In this document: positions 40,599-47,773 of the stretch, piece by piece | How the letters are laid out: every line of letters begins with the position of its first letter | How positions within the stretch are numbered: the stretch's first letter is position 1 | Origin: an uncultured Pelagibacteraceae bacterium | GTDB lineage: Bacteria > Pseudomonadota > Alphaproteobacteria > Pelagibacterales > Pelagibacteraceae | Direction: 5' to 3' | NCBI GenBank assembly: GCA_902582345.1 | Contig: CACHRU010000004.1 | Location: 527-64,526 of the forward strand | Length of the DNA: 64,000 nt | Notes under the pieces: model-generated | Told to the model about the DNA's origin: nothing | Seen by the model: the letters and a program-made list of their open reading frames with translations, nothing else | The model's database searches: none | Position numbers and translations under genes: made by a program

Positions 40599-41694
40599 AA
40601 TTTCAAAGACAAGAAGATTAAGAGAAACTCCTTTTACAAAAAAATTAGAGAATTATGGAGTTGGTGGTTATACTGTTTATAATCATATGTTACTTCCTAC
40701 GTATTTTAAATCAATGCAAGAAGAATATTTGCATTTGAAGAGAGATGTTCAGATATGGGATGTGTCTGTCCAAAGAGAATTAGAGGTCTACGGTAAGGAT
40801 GCATACGAATTAATTCAACTTATGACTTGTAGAAATTTGTCAAAAGCTTTACCAAACAAATGTTATTATGTTCCATTGGTAGACAAAGATGGATATATAA
40901 TAAACGATCCGCTTATCATTAAGATCAATGATCAAAAATGGCGAATTTGTATAGCAGACTCAGATGTTATACTTTTTGCTAAAGGTATTTTATCAACTAA
41001 AAACTTATCAGCAGAAATTTATGAGACGAACATATCCACGTTGGCTATACAAGGACCAAAATCACACGATTTAATGAAAAAAGTTTTTGGTACAAAAATA
41101 ATGGACTTAAAAATTTTTAATTTCGATTACTTCAAATTTAAAGAAACCAAATTTATGATTTCCAAAACAGGATTTTCAAAACAAGGGGGTTACGAGATAC
41201 ATATTGAAAATACTAAAGCTGGATTGGATCTTTACGATTTTTTTATAAAGTCTGGTAAAGAATTTAACTTAAAACCAGGCTGTCCAAATGCCATTGAAAG
41301 AATAGAAGGGGCACTACTTTCTTATGGAAACGATATGGATATCAAAGACAACCCTTTTGAGTGTGGATTAGAAAAATATATAGATTTAAAAAGCAATATT
41401 AAATTTTTAGGGAAAGAGTCTCTTCAAAAAATAAAAAACAATGGAATTAAAAAGAAATTGATGGGTGTAAAAGTTGATGGGAATCATATAAATTTAGTCC
41501 AAGAAGAAAAGTTAATTAATAATAAAAAAGAAATAATAGGGTACTTAAGATCAGCGGCTTTTTCACCCAGTTTTAATAAAATTGTTGGCTTAGCAATGAT
41601 AAAAAGTTCTTATGCAAATATTGGAAATACTTTTAAAATTAATATAAACAATGAAATACTTAATGGCGAGATATGCAATTTGCCATTTAACTAA
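40585..41694 (+). CDS. dmdA: DMSP demethylase DmdA homolog (GcvT family), divergent
   Basis: RLR.TP, YNHMLLP, QIWDV, NDP, ADSD, SKQGGYE, PGCPN.IERIE..LLSYGND; operon context. Confidence 0.75.
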   Translation: MKKFEISKTRRLRETPFTKKLENYGVGGYTVYNHMLLPTYFKSMQEEYLHLKRDVQIWDVSVQRELEVYGKDAYELIQLMTCRNLSKALPNKCYYVPLVDKDGYIINDPLIIKINDQKWRICIADSDVILFAKGILSTKNLSAEIYETNISTLAIQGPKSHDLMKKVFGTKIMDLKIFNFDYFKFKETKFMISKTGFSKQGGYEIHIENTKAGLDLYDFFIKSGKEFNLKPGCPNAIERIEGALLSYGNDMDIKDNPFECGLEKYIDLKSNIKFLGKESLQKIKNNGIKKKLMGVKVDGNHINLVQEEKLINNKKEIIGYLRSAAFSPSFNKIVGLAMIKSSYANIGNTFKININNEILNGEICNLPFN

Positions 41695-41695
41695 T

Positions 41696-41977
41696 ATGAA
41701 AAAAGTAAAAATATATATACCATCAAAAACAGCCATGCAATCTGGCAAAGGTAAACAAAAAAAATGGATTTTAGAGTTTTATACTAAAGACCCAATTACA
41801 AATCCCTTAATGGGTTGGGACTCAACAAAAGATACGTTAAACGAGGTTAAAATTGAGTTTGATACTAAAGATCAAGCAGTAAAATACGCAGAAAAAAATA
41901 ACCTTAAATATGATTTAATAGAACCAAATAAAAGAAAATTTGTAATTAAATCTTATGCTGATAACTTTACTAATTAG
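41696..41977 (+). CDS. ETC complex I subunit (NDUFS4-like)
   Basis: ATG at 41696; KTAMQSG, NPLMGW, YADNF. Confidence 0.88.
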   Translation: MKKVKIYIPSKTAMQSGKGKQKKWILEFYTKDPITNPLMGWDSTKDTLNEVKIEFDTKDQAVKYAEKNNLKYDLIEPNKRKFVIKSYADNFTN

Positions 41978-41982
41978 ATATT

Positions 41983-42987
41983 ATGTGGCGTAGTTTTTTT
42001 ACAGAAAAAAAATGGTTATTATGGTCGTGGGGTGGTTTTGCCTTCATAATTTTTTCATTGTTAGCTCAAACCTACATAGATGTTAAAATCAATGAATGGT
42101 ACAAAGGTTTTTACGACCTCTTGCAAAAAGCTCCAGAAAGAGAATTATCTGAATTTTACGATGGTATCTATTTATTTATGAAACTAGCTATTCCATACGT
42201 GATTATCTACACAATTACAAATTATTTTACTAGACTATGGGCTTTTAGATGGAGGGAAGCAATGACTTTCTCTTACATGCCTTATTGGAGAGCAGTAGAC
42301 GCCAAAGTAGAGGGTGCATCTCAAAGAATTCAAGAAGATGCAATGAATTTTGCAAAAATTGTTGAAAGTCTTGGTCTTCAAATAGTAAGAGCGATAATGC
42401 TTTTAATTGCTTTTATACCAATTTTGTGGGGCTTGTCCTCAAACGTTGTAATACCTTTTTTTAAAGACATTACAGGTTCTCTAGTTTGGGTTTCTTTAAC
42501 TGCTAGTCTTGGGGGTTTAGTTGTTAGTTGGTTAGTTGGAATAAAATTACCTGGCCTAGAATACAACAATCAAAAAGTTGAAGCAGCCTTTAGAAAAGAA
42601 TTAGTTTACGGAGAAGATGATAGAAAAAATTACGTACAAGCTCCAACTATATTCCAATTATTTACAGGAATTAAATTTAATTATCATAGATTATTTTTAC
42701 ATTATGGATATTTTGATCTATGGATAATAATGTACAACCAAACAATGATTATTGTGCCTTATTTATTAATGGGGCCGGGTTTATTTACAGGTGCTATGAC
42801 ATTAGGTGTTTTAATACAAACCTCGTCTGCTTTCAGAGAAGTACAAAGTAGCTTTTCCTTATTCTTACAAAATTGGACAAGGATAACAGAACTAAGATCT
42901 ATTTATAAACGTTTAAACGAATTTGAAACAGCAATTAATTTTCGAAATAAGTTGAGAAAACCAAGAAAATCTGATGTAAGAGCTTAA
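41983..42987 (+). CDS. SbmA/BacA-like peptide transporter
   Basis: FRWREAM, EGASQRIQED, GIKLPGLE..NQKVEAAFRKELV. Confidence 0.9.
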   Translation: MWRSFFTEKKWLLWSWGGFAFIIFSLLAQTYIDVKINEWYKGFYDLLQKAPERELSEFYDGIYLFMKLAIPYVIIYTITNYFTRLWAFRWREAMTFSYMPYWRAVDAKVEGASQRIQEDAMNFAKIVESLGLQIVRAIMLLIAFIPILWGLSSNVVIPFFKDITGSLVWVSLTASLGGLVVSWLVGIKLPGLEYNNQKVEAAFRKELVYGEDDRKNYVQAPTIFQLFTGIKFNYHRLFLHYGYFDLWIIMYNQTMIIVPYLLMGPGLFTGAMTLGVLIQTSSAFREVQSSFSLFLQNWTRITELRSIYKRLNEFETAINFRNKLRKPRKSDVRA

Positions 42988-43886
42988 TGGAGCTCTATAT
43001 AAAGTTAATTGATGTTCTTTTCCCTGTCTTCTTTATTATTGGAGTAGGTTATTATCTTGGTAAAAAAGATCCAAATTTTGATACAACTTTCATAACAAAT
43101 TTCGCCGGAAATATCGGCACACCAGCTATGATTTTTTATACAATTACAACAACTGGTGTAACTCTTGATATATTTATAGAATATTTTATTTATGCTGTAA
43201 TAATAATTGCAGGATTCGCAATTGTCGGTTTCATATTTTTATTTATTCTTAAAAAAGATACTATTACAGAATTGCCACCATTAATTTTACCAAATACTGG
43301 TAACATGGGTGTTCCCATATGTCTCTTTGCTTATGGTACAGAAGGACTAGGTGTGGCATCTGCAATTGCATCTGTAATTATTTTATTTCACTTCACTATC
43401 GGTGTTTTATTAGCTAAAAAAAGTTTTTCATTAGATATTTTAGTAAAAAACGTTCCTATCTATGGAATTATTATTGCGGTTCTTTTTCTTTACTTTGAAT
43501 GGGAGGTTCCAGGGTATATTGAAAACACCACATTTTTATTAACTTATACAACAATATTTTTAGTTTTAATGTCTCTGGGTATTGCATTAACAAGATTAAA
43601 AGTTGTCTCTTGGACACACGCATCTATACTAGGGGCGGTTAGGATAGTTATCGGTCCAATTATAGGGTTTGCTCTTATTAAATTTTTAGGACTCACGGGT
43701 TTTGCTGCTGGAGTTCTCTTAATCCAATCTTCTATGCCTAGTGCAGTTTTAACTTATTTAGTTGGTTCAATGTATTCCGAAAAGAGGGCAGTAGACAACG
43801 TAGCTAGTGTTATAGTTACTTCTACGTTAATGTCCTTTATATCCGTACCTATCATCGTTTATATAAGTCTACGTTTTTTTCAATAA
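42987..43886 (+). CDS. AEC family (membrane transport protein) transporter
   Basis: PNTGNMGVP...AYG, SSMPSAV; about 10 TM segments. Confidence 0.87.
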   Translation: MELYIKLIDVLFPVFFIIGVGYYLGKKDPNFDTTFITNFAGNIGTPAMIFYTITTTGVTLDIFIEYFIYAVIIIAGFAIVGFIFLFILKKDTITELPPLILPNTGNMGVPICLFAYGTEGLGVASAIASVIILFHFTIGVLLAKKSFSLDILVKNVPIYGIIIAVLFLYFEWEVPGYIENTTFLLTYTTIFLVLMSLGIALTRLKVVSWTHASILGAVRIVIGPIIGFALIKFLGLTGFAAGVLLIQSSMPSAVLTYLVGSMYSEKRAVDNVASVIVTSTLMSFISVPIIVYISLRFFQ

Positions 43887-44066
43887 ATACAATGACTTAC
43901 GATATATAATTAAAGTAAAATATTAGAATATAAGTAAGTAATACTTACTTTAATTTAATAATATTAAGAAAAAACATTGATATTATTGACTTATTTATAG
44001 AATATTTTGCAAAAAAAAATAAAATTAAGTAAAATTCATCAAATCAAAGCTTAAATATACCCCTAA

Positions 44067-44273
44067 AACCAAAGATTTTCAGGTTGTCTAGAATTGGCTA
44101 ATGGTGCGAATTCTAGAGCAATGCATAAAGAGAATATAGCGTTTAAAGGGCCATAGATAGCATTTTTTTTGCGATTTGATATTGTATGGTACAACTGAAC
44201 CGCGAGTAAGCAAAAAAAGCAACCAAAGATTGAGAATTAAGCTAAAACGCCCGTTAAACAACAATTCTAGAGC
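44067..44273. repeat. two copies of a degenerate 53-bp module, 154 bp apart, with nested inverted repeats
   Basis: AACCAAAGATT at 44067/44221, CTARAA at 44088/44242, AATTCTAGAGC at 44109/44263 (all offset 154). Confidence 0.65.
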
Positions 44274-44542
44274 GTTATACCCTCCTTTTTTAGCAGTTTT
44301 CTCTTGGTTTCAATACCACCTTTACCTGAATATCCTCCTAGTGAACCGTCTGACTTAATCACCCTATGACAAGGTATTTTGGGAGCATAAGGGTTTTTAC
44401 CTACTGCATTGCCCACAGCTCGAGCTGAATAGGGGCTTTTAATGGCTATAGCTACCTCTTTATAGGTTTTGACCTTACCTTTTGGTATTTTAAGCAAATA
44501 CTTCCAAACTTTTATCTGAAAATCAGTGCCTTTCAGCTTCAT
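44267..44542 (-). CDS. MGMT family methylated-DNA--protein-cysteine methyltransferase (C-terminal domain only)
   Basis: GTDFQIKVW, RAVG, IPCHRV active site. Confidence 0.88.
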   Translation of the reverse strand: MKLKGTDFQIKVWKYLLKIPKGKVKTYKEVAIAIKSPYSARAVGNAVGKNPYAPKIPCHRVIKSDGSLGGYSGKGGIETKRKLLKKEGITL

Positions 44543-44924
44543 TTTGATATTTTGAACTTGTTTTGCTAGAGTGGTGGGGACCTACAAGCATTATAGTCCA
44601 CGCAGGCTTATTATCCTTCAGTTTAAGGCTATGTTTATCTGTGTTTTTTCTAAATCCAATGTATCCAGGACCTCTCCAAAAAGTACCTTTATTAGTAGTT
44701 TCCCAATATCCACCTTTTAAAATAATTGTTATATAAGACCAGTAATGATCGTGTAAATCTCCTCGATCTTCTTTAAGTATCTTATGCACTAAAATATTGA
44801 ATGGAAACCATTTAGGCCTTTTTCTAAATAAAACATAATACCTAATCATAAATGGCTCTGCTTTATCGTAATCTGGCCAACTTGGCCCTCTATCTAAAAT
44901 AACTCTTTTCCTGTTCTCAAACAT
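44523..44924 (-). CDS. cupin-like hypothetical protein
   Basis: LHDH.W..ITIILKGGYWE ... H.L.L ... WT pattern typical of a His-ligated cupin fold. Confidence 0.65.
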   Translation of the reverse strand: MFENRKRVILDRGPSWPDYDKAEPFMIRYYVLFRKRPKWFPFNILVHKILKEDRGDLHDHYWSYITIILKGGYWETTNKGTFWRGPGYIGFRKNTDKHSLKLKDNKPAWTIMLVGPHHSSKTSSKYQNEAERH

Positions 44925-44927
44925 GAT

Positions 44928-45092
44928 TTAATCAATCAATAAGGCAATAATTAATAAAATTCCTACTATTAGAATAGTTACTCCTGTTGTTAAAGCTAAG
45001 TTTCTGCTTTTATTTTTTAACTTTTCCCAACGATACATCAGAAAAAATGCTACGATTGGAACTGATATTCCTAAAATAATATATTTAAGCAT
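44928..45092 (-). CDS. small two-TM membrane protein (54 aa; not in ORF track)
   Basis: Translated by hand: MLKYIILGISVPIVAFFLMYRWEKLKNKSRNLALTTGVTILIVGILLIIALLID*; stop lies 3 bp before next ATG. Confidence 0.65.
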   Translation of the reverse strand: MLKYIILGISVPIVAFFLMYRWEKLKNKSRNLALTTGVTILIVGILLIIALLID

Positions 45093-45138
45093 TAAATTAT
45101 TTTATCTTATTTGCTTGACTTCTAAAATGAGTTATTAT

Positions 45139-45173
45139 ATTACTAACGATAATTAATTGTTATCAATAGTAAT
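45139..45173. promoter_or_regulatory. lox/dif-like recombinase site (14-bp arms, 7-bp spacer)
   Basis: ATTACTAACGATAA-ttaattg-TTATCAATAGTAAT; arms 12/14 complementary; ends 3 bp before recombinase ATG. Confidence 0.7.
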
Positions 45174-45176
45174 GAT

Positions 45177-46130
45177 ATGAATGAACTTACAACTGATATA
45201 AAAGCTCTACATGAGGAAACATTAAGTAATCTTAAAACCTCTAAAGCAAACAATACTCTTAGAGCTTATAGATCAGATTTTAAGGATTTTGGTGGCTTTT
45301 GCGCTAAACATGGTTTTAAGTCCATGCCAACAGATCCAAAAGTTGTGTCTTTATACCTTACCTATTTATCTAAATCATCAAAAATTAGCACTTTGAGACG
45401 TAGATTGGTGTCTATAGGCGTTATTCATAAACTAAAAGGTCATTATCTAGATACAAAACATCCGATAATAATTGAAAATTTAATGGGAATTAAAAGAACA
45501 AAAGGTAGTAAACAAATAGGAAAAAAACCATTATTAATCAATCATTTAAAAGAAATAATTAATGTAATAAATCAACAAGATATTGATGAAATAGTAAAAT
45601 TAAGAAATAAGACATTAATATTAATTGGTTTTGGAGGAGGGTTTAGACGTTCAGAATTAATATCTATTGATTATGACGATGTTGAGTTTGTTGATGAGGG
45701 GGTTAAAATAATTCTTAAGAAATCTAAAACAGATCAATTTGGAGAAGGTATGATTAAAGGACTTCCCTACTTTTCAAAAGAAATTTATTGTCCGGTCGTA
45801 AATCTTATGAATTGGTTAAAAATATCAAAAATTAAAAATGGACCAATATTTAGAAGATTTGCAAAAGGATCCACTTTAACAAAAAACAGACTAACAGATC
45901 AATCAGTAGTCCTTATTATCAAAAATTGTTTAAAATTAGCCGGTATAGAAAATAATAATTTTTCTGGGCATAGTTTAAGATCTGGATTTGCTACTGTAGC
46001 TGCAGAAGCAGGTGCAGATGAGAGAAGTATTATGGCTATGACAGGGCATAAAACTACACAAATGGTTAGACGCTATATAAAAGAAGCAAATATATTTAAA
46101 AATAATGCTTTAAATAAAATAAAAATCTAA
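45177..46130 (+). CDS. Cre-like tyrosine recombinase/integrase
   Basis: NTLRAYRSD N-domain; catalytic R (FRRSEL), K (KSKTDQ), HxxR (GHSLRSG), H (TGH), Y (RRYI) all intact. Confidence 0.92.
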   Translation: MNELTTDIKALHEETLSNLKTSKANNTLRAYRSDFKDFGGFCAKHGFKSMPTDPKVVSLYLTYLSKSSKISTLRRRLVSIGVIHKLKGHYLDTKHPIIIENLMGIKRTKGSKQIGKKPLLINHLKEIINVINQQDIDEIVKLRNKTLILIGFGGGFRRSELISIDYDDVEFVDEGVKIILKKSKTDQFGEGMIKGLPYFSKEIYCPVVNLMNWLKISKIKNGPIFRRFAKGSTLTKNRLTDQSVVLIIKNCLKLAGIENNNFSGHSLRSGFATVAAEAGADERSIMAMTGHKTTQMVRRYIKEANIFKNNALNKIKI

Positions 46131-46963
46131 AAAATAAAAAAAAGTTTAATCTTACATTTAAGTAATTCTAAGTAATAATTAAAATTTTTCTTAGGATCAT
46201 CAAGCTTAGATAAATATTTTGTTCTAGATTTAAGGTAGTATTTTTTAAAAAATTTTGTTGTTATACCCCATTTTTTTAAAAAAGTTTTATCTCCCCTATT
46301 TGTAGTTAATTGAATTTTTTTTCTAGTAGTTAATGATGAAAAATGATAAACTTTAAAATTATTAATACCTTTAAATATTCTTACACCCTCATTCCACAAT
46401 TTCATATTTAGATCGGGATCAGATGCGATACCGGGATTAAACTCTTCACTCATACCACCTATTTTTTCCCACATAGTCTTTTCTATTAAATGTGGAGCAA
46501 AATGACTGCCTTGATGATCATAAAAATTATGAGATTTGTAATTTGTAAGAAGTTTATTTTCATCAAAATTATTAATGTTTTCACCACAATTTAATTTAAT
46601 ATGACCTGAATTAGGTTCAATCATAGTTCCAGATAAATAAAATTTGTTATCTGAAATAGTATCCAATTCATTTTTTAAAAATTGATCCCACTCAGGTAAA
46701 AAATACATGTCATCATGTGAGTAAAGTAAATATTTTTTTGTAGCCAATTTAAAAATTTTATTAATTGAAGAACATAAACCAATATTTTTTTTGGAGTAAG
46801 TGAATTTGAAATTATTTTTTTTTACGAAATCCAAGGTTCCATCTATGCCATCATTAACATGTATTAAAATTTCATGATTAAATGATGAATTTTTTTTTAT
46901 ACTTGATATGCATAGTTTTAAATAATCTAAATTATTGTAAGTGGGTATTCCGATTGAAAACAT
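46127..46963 (-). CDS. glycosyltransferase family 2
   Basis: SIGIPTYN, NDG, YSHDDM, IGGMSEEF. Confidence 0.85.
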   Translation of the reverse strand: MFSIGIPTYNNLDYLKLCISSIKKNSSFNHEILIHVNDGIDGTLDFVKKNNFKFTYSKKNIGLCSSINKIFKLATKKYLLYSHDDMYFLPEWDQFLKNELDTISDNKFYLSGTMIEPNSGHIKLNCGENINNFDENKLLTNYKSHNFYDHQGSHFAPHLIEKTMWEKIGGMSEEFNPGIASDPDLNMKLWNEGVRIFKGINNFKVYHFSSLTTRKKIQLTTNRGDKTFLKKWGITTKFFKKYYLKSRTKYLSKLDDPKKNFNYYLELLKCKIKLFFIF

Positions 46964-47773
46964 TTAAAATCTTAATAAAATTATACGCTTAATTAATGAA
47001 TATATATAATACAAAAAAGTATAGATCTTAAAAAAGACTAAATACTTAATAAAATATTTTAATTTGTTTTTATTTCTTTTTGTCTTTGTAATGTACCTCT
47101 TGTTCTCATAAGAATTATTTTTTACAAGGTTGCTCTCAATTTCATTGATATTCTTTGTTACAACAACAATATTTCGATAAAAGGACACATTAGTGATTAA
47201 TCCATCAAAGGGATTTTTAATATAAAATGGATTAGGAATTTCTTTATAATTTAAACAATCACTTAAATTTTTAAAAAAATTCAGATGAGTATTAGCATAT
47301 TTTAAATCAAAAGGATTTCCACCAAAAAAATGATTGTAGCTTGTTTGTGTATCCTCTATAAAATAAATTCCACCATTTTTTAAATATGGGAATAAGAATT
47401 TAAAACTTTTAATAACATCTTTGGGATAATGACTTCCATCATCAATTATAAAATCAAAACTTTTGTATTTATTTATTAATTTTTTTAAAAACACATAATC
47501 TGATTGCGAACCCTGAATTAGATCTATATTATTTGTTTTTATTTTCAGTTTTTTCTTATTAACATCCTTTATGTCTATACCTATTACTTTTCCATTATTA
47601 AAAAATCTCGACCAAGCTTTAACTGATGATCCATCCGCTACACCAATTTCCAAAACTTTAACTTTTTTGTTTTTATGAACGTTTAAATATTTTTCGTAAA
47701 CTTCAGAATATTTATGATTGTATTTATCCGATTTGTATTTTTTGAAAAGATTCGACAATAATCTCTTACTCAT
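46964..47773 (-). CDS. class I SAM-dependent O-methyltransferase
   Basis: VLEIGV, GIDI, FDFIIDDGSH, GGIYFIED. Confidence 0.85.
   Translation of the reverse strand: MSKRLLSNLFKKYKSDKYNHKYSEVYEKYLNVHKNKKVKVLEIGVADGSSVKAWSRFFNNGKVIGIDIKDVNKKKLKIKTNNIDLIQGSQSDYVFLKKLINKYKSFDFIIDDGSHYPKDVIKSFKFLFPYLKNGGIYFIEDTQTSYNHFFGGNPFDLKYANTHLNFFKNLSDCLNYKEIPNPFYIKNPFDGLITNVSFYRNIVVVTKNINEIESNLVKNNSYENKRYITKTKRNKNKLKYFIKYLVFFKIYTFLYYIYSLIKRIILLRF

Noticed and set aside
43887-44266. Replication origin, 6S RNA or tmRNA in the long spacer
   Set aside because: No DnaA boxes, and genes converge rather than diverge; pairing is too asymmetric for 6S; no tRNA-like ends or tag peptide recognised.
44176-44358. 60-aa plus-strand ORF
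   Set aside because: TTG start, antisense to MGMT, no motif; probably spurious.
45177-46130. The Cre-like recombinase as mobiliser of the tRNA-Glu cassettes
   Set aside because: Its adjacent palindrome bears no similarity to the tRNA core, and Cre-type enzymes do not use arm sites; possible but unsupported.
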